DNA from: Octopus vulgaris | Taxonomy: Eukaryota | Assembly: GCA_951406725.2 (NCBI GenBank) | Contig: OX597825.1 | Coordinates: 56,172,001-56,236,000 of the forward strand | Direction: 5' to 3' | Length of the DNA stretch: 64,000 nt | Shown: in pieces, positions 15,258 through 28,632 of the stretch | Layout of the letters: each line of letters starts with the position of its first letter | Numbering within the stretch: the first letter of the stretch is position 1 | Notes under the pieces: generated by a model | Database searches by the model: none | What the model saw: only the letters and a program-made list of their open reading frames with translations | What the model was told of the DNA's origin: nothing | Translations under genes and position numbers: made by a program

Positions 15258-16349
15258 TGTATGTATGTATAAGTGTGTTTGCTTATGCTATTTAGTTTTA
15301 TTTGTAGATTTCTTGCCAATGGAGAAACATTCTGTTTCTAACCTAGTTTCAATACTCCTTTTTAACTGAATTTCAACAGCATCAACAGGGTAGTTATGCA
15401 TATCTGTGTTTATGTGTACAAGGTTTTGGAGTCAATGCGCAGATCTTTAAGCTTATTTCATGTATGCATTTTAAACCATCCATTTGCGTGTCTAGATATG
15501 TGAATATGTAATTCCGGAAAATCTTTGATATCCTATATCCGAAATCTAATTAGCATTCTTCTTTCTACTTTTGAGAATTCTGATTTCTCAAGACTGATGA
15601 CGATAATACAATCACGCGTTTATTCAACTTCAAGTAGGTGGCCCAGGATGAAGTCTGGTCAGCTATGGCTCTGGTTACGCTTTCTGGAACTTTAACAAGA
15701 GGAAGGGCTTCTAGCATCCTTCAGTGAGGTAGAAACAAAAGTTCTCTTTTAGTCTAGTTACATTAAAACCAGGATCCTTCTACACCTCCGTACTTCCGAC
15801 GTCGTTGTTGATCAACAATTGCAGGGGACATCACAAACTTCTTTCTTATTCTTCTTATTCTGTTGTGATGATTTCGTTCCCATAATGGTCTTTGAGGGAT
15901 AGTTTTAAACAGGTTGTATATATTCTAAACATTAACGTTTCGCATGTAGGTGGCTGGTGGGATTTTGTCATGTGATTGGTTCTCTTTTTAGGCATTGGTT
16001 TCGTTTCTGCTACACCTAACCGACGCAGTAAGTTGAGAGCTAACTAGTACAGGTTTATAAGATATGTCGATAGAGCGTCAGTTTCTTGTACCATTATCCA
16101 ACAATCAAGTCTCATACGCACGCTTTTAAATCCTGAAGTTTTTTAATTACACTTACTAGAGTTTATGTATTGATGTTGTATGTCTTGGGTATAAATCAAG
16201 GATAATACTTACGTTGGACATATTTCAGCCACAGAGCATCCCTGTTAAATTTCCCTTCGTACCAGATTTTTCTCTAGAAAGAAGTTATCTTATCGTGAAG
16301 GAACTTCTCTGATCCTCACTACTTGTCCTATAAATTTTGTCCTTTTACA

Positions 16350-16700
16350 CCTGTTACAATTTCTGGAGCCCTAATTATCCCGAATATAATCCTTTAGAGT
16401 AATATGTGCGGGGAACGGATGGAAAATATACCAACCGCTCAGCCTACAACATCAAGGCTGCACTGATGGCCAAGATCGAGGAGGGGGTTCAAAAATCTAC
16501 CCAAGGACACAACATGGAATGCGTGTGCTAGGTCCCAGAGCCGTCTGATGCTGTGTGGTAAGCTGAGAGCGACTACCTTGAGTAACCTGTTATATCCCCA
16601 TAATCTAAGTGACATTTTTTATTTTGTAAAATACTTTTTTTTATTGGTGGGATATTGTTTTTCTCCTTTTATGCAAACTGTCAAATATCGCCCGATATAG
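16350..16700 (+). mobile_element. Tc1/maT (DD37D-like) transposase 3' fragment
   Basis: Translates to FWSPNYPEYNPLE*YVRG (consensus WPPNSPDxNPLDYxVWG), then TNRSAYNIKAALMAKIEE...NACARSQSRL...AESDYLE*. Confidence 0.7.
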
Positions 16701-16840
16701 ATTTTATATGAATATGGCTTAACAATAAATATCTATACGCGCAGATACACACACACACACACACACGCATACGAATGTTTCTATTATTCATGTAGAAATG
16801 TACGCATGAACGTATGCATATATGTATGTATGTATGTTTG

Positions 16841-16895
<55 letters not shown>

Positions 16896-17106
16896 ATATA
16901 CATATATATATACATACATACATACATATATATGTGTTATATATATATATATATATATATATATACGCGTGTAATTGTGTGTGTGTGTGTATTTTCACTG
17001 AACATTTTCCTGCTGTTACCGCCAAGAATAATAACAATACAATAGCAACAACGACAACAACATCAAGAAGACAAGAAAGAAGCAAAAGAAGAAAACGAAG
17101 AAGATA

Positions 17107-17166
<60 letters not shown>

Positions 17167-17515
17167 TTCATGGTGATGATGAAGAGCGATAAGGCAGTAT
17201 CGACCGTAAAATCCTTATTAAAAACCATCACAGTTTCTATCGGCGTAACCCAGCGATGTTTGTCGAAGAAGTAAATATGATAAAACCAACACCTCGTATA
17301 ATTAACACTCTCGTTGATGATATGGCCAATAGACGTTTCTCGATGGAAAACGGGAAGAAAAAAATAAAGAAGTTGAATGAACAAAGGAGAAGAAAGCACT
17401 ATTCAATAGAGAAATATTGCAACACAATAGAAAAGCTAAATGATGCAAAATTATCTACACGAAATTTCATGGCGAAATATCTAGATAATGTATATACTTA
17501 TGCACACGCACATTC

Positions 17516-17570
<55 letters not shown>

Positions 17571-17689
17571 CGCAAACACAAACAGAGAAACACACACACG
17601 CACACACACAGAAACACACACTCAAAGACACACGCATTCAAACGCGCGCACACCCACATATCCGCATGCAGAAACGCACGCAGACAGGC

Positions 17690-17729
<40 letters not shown>

Positions 17730-17962
17730 GTATGTATGCATGTATGTATGTGGGTATGTATGTACATACACACACTTATATATACATATGTTGATGCAGA
17801 TACATACATATATGTATACATAAATATGTATATTTATATGTATATAAGTATGCATATATATACATATATATATATTTTCTAATTTTGTAGTATGTTTCTC
17901 CATTTTCTAATTTTGTAGTATATATTAATATACATATTTATGTATACATATATGTATATGTA

Positions 17963-18025
<63 letters not shown>

Positions 18026-18212
18026 AAGTATGCCTGTATATATTCTATGTATGTATATATATATATGCATATATAAATTGCGTGTATATATATATATGTG
18101 TGTGCGTGTGTGTTTGTGTGTGTATGTATTATGTATAAATATATATATGAAGGTAGTTGCATATACTCATACATATGTATATGTATGTATTTCTACATGT
18201 ACATATACATTT

Positions 18213-18282
<70 letters not shown>

Positions 18283-18396
18283 TATATACATATGTTAAAT
18301 CACACAACACGCACTAGTAGATACATTAAAACACGCATTAATAGATTACACACGCATGGTCGCGTACACATACACACATATGCATAGATATATACG

Positions 18397-18427
<31 letters not shown>

Positions 18428-18481
18428 GCATATATATATATATACATATATGTATATATATATATACATATATACCTATAC

Positions 18482-18527
<46 letters not shown>

Positions 18528-18715
18528 GTATACATATATACATACATGCATACGCAATATAAGAAGAATATAGAAAATTTTCCATGCAAACTCAAAAAAA
18601 AAAAGGATATCAAAATTGATGTAACATCATTTCTGAATCATTTATCGCACAACATTTATCACAAAAGATTGATGTTAAAACATTTATCATGAAAGTAATA
18701 ATGATGATGATGATG

Positions 18716-18806
<91 letters not shown>

Positions 18807-19298
18807 TAAATACAATGACAACGATAACCATAAGTGAAACGTCAGCCATAAAACATTTATTATAAAAACATTTATTAATGCTTAACAATTTAGTCTGTCA
18901 CTTACTCTCGAAAAATATTTTTCGTTGGAAGCTTAATTTTACAAACTGGTTTGGTAGGAATTTAAGAGATATCCTTCTGTAATAAGGCAGGCATAGGCTG
19001 TGCGTCACTCCTAGTACGCAGTATTCGGTAATACACCAGTACTGCCAATACGTCCCTGGGAAGTTGCTTCTGGATCCTGCAACGTTAATTTTAATTTTAG
19101 TTTTCTATGTGTTTAGAATTGCCTTATTCTCGCCAACGATGTAAACGTCATGAAATTCCTTTCTTTTGTGTATTTGTGATTCTTTTTTCTTTCATCCTGC
19201 AAGTTTATCAGATATAACTTCAAAATGGCTGTCGGCAAATATATATGTATAAGAGAACATAAATGCACACACACACATATATATAAGTATATGAATAT

Positions 19299-19337
<39 letters not shown>

Positions 19338-19343
19338 AGTATA

Positions 19344-19415
<72 letters not shown>

Positions 19416-19831
19416 GCAGTTTTGCACGGAGAGCAATAACATGGCAAATTACCTTATCATATAGCATGAAATGATTGTGGATTAATAATGGTTAAATACA
19501 TCGTCTGTGAGTTTGAAATCCCTCATCTTACCACTGGAAATGTAAATCTTCACTATGGATTAATTCACCTTTTCTGTGAAGCTAATAAGTCTTTAAAAAC
19601 CTGTGATAAGTCTGTGTATCATCCTCTTCATATCTCTGGAAATTTAAATCTACACTATTCATCTCCTCTTCGAAACTAATAAGTTTTTTAAAAATCTGTG
19701 ATAAGACTGTGCATCATCATTAAGGAACTTTGGAAAACTGTTTACAACCTATATCTGCCTCTAATGGAACTATCTCCAATATCTCATGAGTATAACCTCA
19801 CCCACTAAGATGTCTAGAGAACTCAAATGTA

Positions 19832-19922
19832 TTTTAGCTGATGAGTACGGGACACTTTTATCTGCTGCAATTTTTGCAACTTGTAATAAAGCCTGTCTTT
19901 GTATGAAACAATTGTACTAAAA
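19832..19922 (+). ncRNA. Type I hammerhead ribozyme with intact core
   Basis: Stem I TTTTAG/CTAAAA; core CTGATGA; long stem II (GTAC GGGACA ... TGTCTT T GTAT); GAAA; palindromic stem III ACAATTGT; predicted cleavage triplet GTA at 19914-19916. Confidence 0.8.
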
Positions 19923-19950
19923 ACCAATCCATTCTTGTTGCTTCTTTCTC

Positions 19951-20005
<55 letters not shown>

Positions 20006-20040
20006 TATGTATGTATATATATATATATATATATACGTAC

Positions 20041-20079
<39 letters not shown>

Positions 20080-20103
20080 TATATAAATATATATATACAT
20101 ATA

Positions 20104-20151
<48 letters not shown>

Positions 20152-20284
20152 CATTTATATATATATATATATATATATATTGATAATAAAAGTAAGACAA
20201 AAAAAGAATGAAAGAGACCTCGATATTATGTAAATAGAGGAATTTATCTGTAAATGTAATATGTGACAATTATTCGGTAGCCAT

Positions 20285-20348
20285 GATAAAACTCCGAGCT
20301 TCGGATGATGCCGAGGTGGAAATGCACGCCGCCATCTCTTCAGTTATC
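20285..20348 (-). ncRNA. Minimal type I hammerhead ribozyme with a core substitution (GAAA>GAAG)
   Basis: Minus strand reads GATAA-CTGAAGA-GATG...CATC-C-GAAG-CTC G GAG-TT-TTATC. Stem I is GATAA/TTATC and stem III is near-palindromic. Confidence 0.65.
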
Positions 20349-20358
20349 CGGCCATCGG

Positions 20359-20427
<69 letters not shown>

Positions 20428-21178
20428 TGTATGTATGTGTGTGTATATGTATGTATAGATGTGTACATGTATGTATACATTTGTATATATGCAGCTGTGT
20501 TAATTCAGCTGTTCTACATAAATATGCATTAATCCATATCGCTATAAACTTTTCCTTATTGAGCTCTTATTAGATTGTGCATAAAAAATATGTCCCTGCT
20601 GTATTTTTGTGTTGTATTAATTTCCACAGCTCCATTCATGTGTTAAATCTATCCATGAATTCGTATTGCGAGTCTCGATAACCTCGTGTTTTTTTTTATT
20701 TCTATCTCGATTGGGGAAGTATCTGCTCGTGTTTTAACTTAATTGTTCCCCGCTTTCAATAACACAGTTTTATTCCTGTATATTATGTTTAATTTTATAT
20801 ATACGTCTTCAGTTGTTTCCAATTCAGTTATTTTAGACCAAAACTTTTATACATATTTATGATAACATGATGTTGACAGCATATGTTTCTATACACCACA
20901 CCAGAGTTCAGTTGCAACTTTTTCATATTGATATAATCTTATTTTAAGATTGCTCTTGATAGTCATATATTTGAATATTTTTCTCGGACTCTACCCGATT
21001 AAGTGACCACACTTAATGTTGTTAAAAATTATTCAGACATTATTAAGTGTAATTGAAATAGCGTAAGATGAATATGAAAATTGTAACTTAAGGCTGGCAA
21101 GGGTTGCAAAAGTATTTGATCTGATATATCAAAAAAATTGTCAATTCCATCCTTATGTTGTTGTTGTTATTATTATTA

Positions 21179-21218
<40 letters not shown>

Positions 21219-21219
21219 G

Positions 21220-21309
<90 letters not shown>

Positions 21310-21337
21310 CTACTGCTACTACTACTACTACTATTGA

Positions 21338-21552
21338 GGCGGTGAGCTAGTAGAATCGTTAGCACTTTGGATGATATACTTAGGAGTATTTTGCCTATCG
21401 CTACGTTCTGAGTTCAAATTCCGCCGAGGGCGACTTTGCCTTTCATCTTTTCGGGCTCGATAAATCCAATACCAGTGGAAAACTGGGGTAGATGTAATCG
21501 ACTAGCCCCCTCCCACCAAGCATCAGGCTTTGTGCCTATAGTAGGAAGGATT
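21338..21552 (+). mobile_element. tRNA-derived SINE, family A
   Basis: GGCGGTGAGCTAGTAGAATCGTTAGCAC head, GAGTTCAAATTCC B-box, GACTTTGCCTTTCATC body. Ends in AGGATT followed by (CTT)n/(ATT)n. Confidence 0.85.
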
Positions 21553-21631
21553 CTTCTTCTTCTTCTTCTTCTTCTTCTTCTTCTTCTTCTTCTTCTTCTT
21601 CTTCTTCTTCTTCTTCTTCTTCTTCTTCTCC

Positions 21632-21699
<68 letters not shown>

Positions 21700-22381
21700 G
21701 TCATTTGACAAAACGGAGGGCGCAATGCGATTGCAATTGATAGTCTATTTGTCGAACGATATTTCGACAACAAGCCCGTCTTTGTCGAGATCAAAATAAA
21801 AAGGGATAAAAATTCAAAATTATAGATATTCAAATCTAAAGTATGAACGAAAGCAACCAGCGTCCACGCGTTGATGGAATGACATCACCAGTCTTTAAGT
21901 TTCAAATTTATAACTGACGAAAAGGAAAAGACAGAAGCAAAAGAGGGAATAAAAAAGGAAAGGAAAAAGAGGAAGAACATTTAATCAAACTGTCTTGTAT
22001 AAGCTTGATGATGTTCTGTCATTTTATTCCTCCAGGGCATGATGTTAATAACCCGCAAACATATTTCTCCTCATGCATTTTTTAGTATTGAAAGTGAAAC
22101 ATATTCAGAATATTTTCTAATAATATGCACTTTCAGGTCTTTTTCAAAATTGCAGCCGTTTGAAGCAAAACGTTCGGCACGTTCTGGTCGAACTTACTGT
22201 TATTGCGCCTGACATCGAATCTGTGCCCATTAAATAGTTTGTTTAATTGTTCTGTTGTACACCCAATATAAATCAATTTGTGTTTCATGCATTCTGCCGC
22301 ATACACCAAATGAGAATCTCTACATGTCCCACCTTTTCTATAAATCATAAAATTTCTGTAATGATACCTGATGGAATTCAT
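21700..22381 (-). mobile_element. Penelope-like element 3' part: GIY-YIG endonuclease fossil plus 3' terminal region
   Basis: ORF 22133-22381 contains TCRDSHLVYAAECMKHKLIYIGCTTEQLNKLFNGHRFDV (PLE GIY-YIG pattern). It continues after frameshifts to ...HEEKYVCGLLTSCPGGIK* near 22020. A degenerate HHR follows at 21754-21792. Confidence 0.85.
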
Positions 22382-22431
22382 TTGTTATGATTCCTGATGG
22401 AATTCACTGTAATGATTCTTGATGGAATTCA
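22357..22431. repeat. Three copies of an approximately 25-bp repeat at the inversion junction of the PLE
   Basis: TGTAATGAT(A/T)CCTGATGGAATTCA-like unit occurs three times between the opposed GIY-YIG and RT fragments. Confidence 0.85.
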
Positions 22432-22499
22432 TGTTGTTGCATAGTGAACAAGTGGAAATAAGTCATGGAATAATCTCACAAATTCCCAACGTTATGCAC

Positions 22500-23480
22500 T
22501 CTGCCATCTAGCTATTGTTATTTAAATGGCGAGTAAGGGAGGGGCTGCCGTAATTATGGACAGAACTGAGTATATTTCGGCTTGTTTAGAAGTTTTAAAT
22601 GACAAAACTTCATATGAAGAATTACCTGTCGATCCAGACCCCAATTACAGAGAGGAACTTCACAAAATAATTCTTGAAATGGTGGAAAACAATTTAATTA
22701 ATAAGGCCGAAAACAGAACACCTGTATCTTATGGTCTCTCTAAAAAATACGCCTAATTTGCAGCAGATATGATTGTTGTACAGCCAAGATTTCGGAATGG
22801 CTGGATGGCTCTCTACTCCCTGCTGCAAAATGATTACTTTCCTATATTCAAGCTACTTTTTAAAGCACCGAAGCCATGTCGAAAACTGTTTTTCGGTAAC
22901 CATGGATGTTTCTTCCTTATATCTAAATATTGACCACAATGAAGGGATAGAAGCATGCATGAATGCCCTCTAAAAACGGTGAGACAAAAGTATTCCATCA
23001 ACTTTTCTCTGTAGGTTACTGAGGTTCGTGTAACAATGAAGTTTGGACAAAACTTTTACCATAAGACGAGGGGATGCGCCATGGGTACCACCATGGCTGT
23101 TAATTTCTCCAATGTCTTCATGACGAAATTCGACGCACGGTTACAGAAAGCATTAAAATCCCTACATGGTCATGAACCAATACTCTGCTTGCGGTTCGTT
23201 GATGACGTCATTTTCGTCTGGGAAGAACCACAGGATAGTTTAACTGACTTCTTGCATTTCTGCGACTGTTACGCTAAAATCTACGTACAAAATAAGTGCA
23301 AAATAAAAATTACGTCTAGTTTTTCAAAACTAGCGTTGAATTTTCGGACTGTAAAGTAAAGTATTCTGGAGACAGAATAGTGACTGAGTTATTTTGCAAG
23401 CTTACGTCATAACACATTTACCTCCACCGCCGCTCCGATCATCCACATCATATGATTCGCATTCAACATATTTCTCAGAA
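22500..23480 (+). mobile_element. Penelope-like reverse transcriptase fossil
   Basis: Motifs in successive broken frames: KGGAAVIMDRTEY, TMDVSSLYLNIDHNEG, YHKTRGCAMGT..AVNFSNVFM, RFVDDVIFVW, then YLHRRSDHPHH. This is typical PLE RT order. Confidence 0.9.
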
Positions 23481-23814
23481 TTCTTTGTAATTTTGTTTCT
23501 TACATTTGATAGGGAGAATCATTCCCAAAATATTATATGATCATTAAACAAACTAACTTATGATTTAATTAAATAATGACGCAATACTTTTAAGTAGATT
23601 TTCATATACTGTAGATTTCTATAATGAGCAAATCAGTGTCGTTGTAAAGTGTTGTCAAATAGTGTACTTTCATGTGTAGGCAAATATAATGCTGGAAGAA
23701 AATAAAATAATGCTAGAAGAAAAAGCAACAACAAAAATACGAACAAGAATATAAATAGTGGAGTCGTTTCGCCTAAGTCAATGTAATTTCTAAGTAATAT
23801 ACATACAATGTATA

Positions 23815-23845
<31 letters not shown>

Positions 23846-24780
23846 GCGTACTTATATGATACATTATCTCGTGGAAGTTTATATTGACGTTATTTATATT
23901 TTAGACATTTATTTTTGCAGGGCCTAGAGGAATAGGCAGCGCTCATGGCAATTGTAGGCTCTCTCTAAGACTTCGATGTTGCTAAAGTTTTGCTTAGACT
24001 GGTGGAAAGAAAACGATGTGCAAAGAGTGAATTCCATAATAGCGATGTGTTGAAGAGACAGAAACAGAGTATAATGCTTAACGATGGACTTGAGTGGTCG
24101 GACAGCATGATTATAAATGGCAAAAAGATGAATGGAGAGTGGTCAAGTGGAGACAGAATCCAAATAGCGTCTGAGAATCATTGATCTTTATAGTAGCGGT
24201 AGAGAAGTCAGAGAAATGAGACAACACGTCCGTGGATCAGAAGCTGGCGTTTGATTGTAAAGGATTTTATTCCAATCTGCTAGGCAGCTTTTCTCTGGAT
24301 CTTTTCGTGTCATTAGCACTGCCCAGGTGCAAATATTGTCATTTACTATGTGTTACACATGACTTTGGTAGAGGATCAAATTATACAAATAAAAGTTGCT
24401 GGTATTTTTTATAGATAAAAAGGAATCATTCAGCAGATGTCGGTGAGGAGCAGAATGGATGAGAGACAGACAGGTAGACAGAGAGATAGAGGGAAAACGA
24501 CAGAGAACGACGGAAAGAAAAAAGAGAGAAAGAAAGCGATATATTTCTTAAGCAAAGTCATTATTTTAAGGAAAGTGGATAAATAGAATTTTTGTAAAAA
24601 AATAGTGATATGGTGGATAATGTATTTAGATAATGCTAAACAGCAAGATGAGACTGTCACGATTGTAACAGTTATGATGATGACACCGCTTGCACATACC
24701 CGACTGGGATCAAACAACTGCAACAGCAGCAACTTGGGCAGCAACAGGGAGAGCAGTGGATGAATTTATGTGCTTACTTT

Positions 24781-24820
<40 letters not shown>

Positions 24821-25031
24821 TAAAGGTATGTATATATATATATATATATATATCCAGTTCCTTTGGTTTGTGTCTATGTTTTCGTTTCTCATTGTGTTCG
24901 ACGTCCTTTTGGTGTCCTGTACTCATATATGCGTGTATATGTACATGTAGAGGTAGGTACGTACATATATGTTTATATATATGCATATGTTTTATTTTTA
25001 TTTATTAAGATATATATATATATATATGAAT

Positions 25032-25367
25032 AAGGATATCATTATTAATCAATAATAATAATAATGTAAGTGGCTAGCAAGCATAGAAAGCAAAAAAGGT
25101 AAATTTATAAATTTATAATTAAAAGTAAAAGATAGTGTTGCTAGCAATAAGAGTCGAAAAATAATCAGATAAGCCACATTATCACTGAAAATTTAACAAG
25201 CTGATGAAATCGAATGATATTGTAGCTTTTTGAATAATTTTCGACTCTTATTTCTAGTAACGCTGGTACTATCCTCTGTTCTTCATTATAAATTTATAAA
25301 TTTTCCTTTTTTGTTTGTTATGCTTGCTAGTCACTTATATTATTATTAATTACTAATAATAATATCT

Positions 25368-25368
<1 letters not shown>
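25032..25368. repeat. Imperfect palindrome of about 340 bp between microsatellites
   Basis: AAGTGGCTAGCAAGCATA...AAATTTATAAATTTATAAT...AATAAGAGTCGAAAA is mirrored by TTTTCGACTCTTATT...ATTATAAATTTATAAATTT...TATGCTTGCTAGTCACTT. Confidence 0.85.
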
Positions 25369-25401
<33 letters not shown>

Positions 25402-25547
25402 TGTATGTATGTATGTATGTATGTATGTATGTATGTATGTATGTATGTATGTATGTATGTATGTACGTACGTATGTATGTATGTATGTATGTATGTATGT
25501 ATGTATGTATGTATGTATGTATGCATGCATGCATGTATGTATGTATG

Positions 25548-25594
<47 letters not shown>

Positions 25595-26169
25595 ATATAT
25601 ATATATATATATATATATCTATGCATTAAATATGCATCGATTATCGAATACTTGTTCCAGTCACTATAGACAATGTGGTGCACTGCCTTGAAGGGTTTCG
25701 GAGGACAAATGTATCCCAGTACTTATTTTAAGCATGCAATCTATTCTTTCGGTCACCTCTGCCGAACCCCTAGTCACGAGGATGTACACAAACGAACGTT
25801 GATTGTCAAGTGGTGGTAGGAGACAGAGACATACATAAAGATACTGATATACATACGTATATACATATATGTAATATGATTGACTTATGAAACATTGTAA
25901 AGAAGGTAAGGCTTCGGCATTATTCTAACCTCTTTTTAAATCCTAATATGACTGTATGACCACTATTAAACAATCTCCCAATCAACACATCTTCGCATAC
26001 AAAACAAAAATATATACGAAACAAATATTTCCACACATTCAAGAATCCTCAGGAGGGCCATCACCAAAACATACAAAAAGCCCCTAATTCCAAATAAAAT
26101 GATATAAATACAGAAATAAAGTTGCTAGTTACCCGCCTTAAGATAAAAGTTCGAGTGGACCGCCTCGCC

Positions 26170-26945
26170 ACGTGACACCCCTCCCCATATTACACTTAAG
26201 GACCATGAGCCTAATTTCTATTCCAACCCTAATTGCAGGCTGGTCAACCTGTCTAAAAGCGAGATGGGTATCAATAGCAAACGTATTCTCCATACTATCA
26301 AATCTGACATCAGAAGGGATACAGGATTGACTCAAGGGAACACCAACGCAGCTGTAATAGACTGATTCTGCGGTATCGAGAATAAATCAGCCTGGATATT
26401 CACTCAGTTTGACATTGTTGACTTCTGCCATTCTGTAGATAACCCCCTCCTCCTGTAGGCCCTGACTTTTGCTGGACAATTTACCAGCCTTAGTGATCTT
26501 GATATCAGAATCATCAAGAATGCCAGAAAGTCAGTTCTGGTCTGTGACGATTCCTTCTGGCTGAAAAAAGAAAGCGATCCATTGTTTGATGTCTCTATGG
26601 GGAACTTGAACGATTTATACATTTTGGATACCTTCAAGAGACGTATTCATCCACATAATTCGGTCTTTTATAGGGACGATGGCCTGGCTCTCTCAAGCCA
26701 TATAAATGGCCACGCCAGGGACAGGTTCAGGAAGGACTTGATAAAACTATTCAAACAGTTCGGCCTGTACATAACAGTTGCTACCAGCGTGACTACGGTC
26801 GATTTCTTGGAATTAACCTTAGACCTGAACTACTCCTATGGGTGGTCTAATGAAGAAACGGTATATATCTACAAGAGTTTACCCCATCTCCGCTGTAATT
26901 TGAAACCTGGTTTCAGGTATTAGCAAACGGCTACCTAAACTCTCA
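26170..26945 (+). mobile_element. Second, distinct Penelope-like RT fossil
   Basis: Motifs PNCRLVNLSKSEMG, FTQFDIVDFCHSV, IIKNARKSVL...WLKK...FDVSMG, FYRDDGLAL, IKLFKQFGLYIT...VDFLELTLDL and VYIYKSLPH. In-frame stops and deletions are present. Confidence 0.8.
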
Positions 26946-27278
26946 GTTAACATGGGTTGCATTGTGCTCTTCAACGGAGCTCTTCATTTTATGTTGCTCT
27001 ACAATCATTTCGTCATCTGACACGTGAGGCCCATTGCACATGTACAGGTAATGTCGATTTGATGGAGGAAGTGAGCTTATGTGTACACAAACGTTTAATC
27101 ACTTGATGACTATAAACAAATCCTCTGTGCGATTTTTCGATAAGAAATTGTCGAACTTTCATACGTCGCCTAACGACGGTGGGAGGGCGTCCGTCATCTA
27201 TATATATATATATATAGTGTAGGAAGAAATGGAGCTGAACGAAGACTTAACAAAATTCCTTTTTATTATTTTCTACAC

Positions 27279-27315
<37 letters not shown>

Positions 27316-28362
27316 ATATGTGTGTGTATACGTGTGGTTATTACGTACATATATATCACGTATATATATATACATATATGAGTTTCTTTCAGTTTCCGCC
27401 TACCAAGTCCACTCAGAAGGATCTGGTCATCACTAAGCTAGAGTAGAAGATACTTCCTCAAGGTACCATGCAGTAGGACTGAACGCACAGTTATGTACTG
27501 GAGAAGGAAAGTTGTTAAATACATCCAACGCCATAAATTCGACACCAGTAGAATATTTGATTGGAAAACAATCTTAACCAAATTAATCTTAGCAATAATT
27601 GAAATCAAAACTTGAAGATTGTGAACACATACAGCGAAATACTTTGACTAAATTGTTAAGAATTCTGCCACCACACAAATATTTTACTGTTGAGAGAATA
27701 ATTATTTGTTACCAGAAGTTAAGTGGTGTGTATTTTATAAACTACGGACGAACAAAAGTGAAAATTTACTCAAGCGGAGTGTGAACTCAGAAGTTAGACG
27801 AAACAAAATAGTGTACCACGCTTAATCTGTCTGTATGTCGATTAGTCTGCCAGCTTAACCAAAACATTGCTCCTTCTCCTCCTAAATATAGTATATGAGC
27901 AATAAAACACATTTCATAGAGAAAATAGCTCTCTTCTTTTGATTCTTCGATTTTTTGGTATTTGTGTTTTGTGTATGTGCTTGATGTGCTTCGTATTTTT
28001 TTGGTTGCTTTTTTACATTAAAAAAATTGTAGCTTAATTTAGCGTCAGTTGATGAAGAAATTATTTCAAGTTAATAACAATCACGCCATCTACTTTGTAC
28101 TATTTGCCGATAATCTTGCTGTAGGAATTAAATATACCCAACGTTGATTTCTTTCCTATGCAATGCTACTGACGTAAATGCGATTATGCCGTGAAGTGTC
28201 CACGAATTAAAGCCTTTCACGTTGTTGGCAATTCGCTAAAGACTAGTGCAGTTGTTGATGAACATGTTGTCTTCTTCTTCTTCTTCTTCTTCTTCTTCTT
28301 CTTCTTCTTCTTCTTCTTCTTCCACCTATTGCTATTATTATTAGTATTATTGGTGTTGTTGC

Positions 28363-28432
<70 letters not shown>

Positions 28433-28566
28433 TGTCAAGTTGTGGTTGTGCTGTGCATATGTTGTTCTTCTTGCGCGTGTTTCATGTATTTGTCAGATAC
28501 AGATTGAAAAGAACTGAATTTAAAATAAAGAGCACACACGCAAAAACATATATATATATATGCATT

Positions 28567-28632
<66 letters not shown>

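Noticed and set aside
15400-16340. Complex sequence possibly derived from a LINE (minus-strand ...IMVQET)
   Set aside because: A single weak motif with no supporting domain, so it cannot be assigned.
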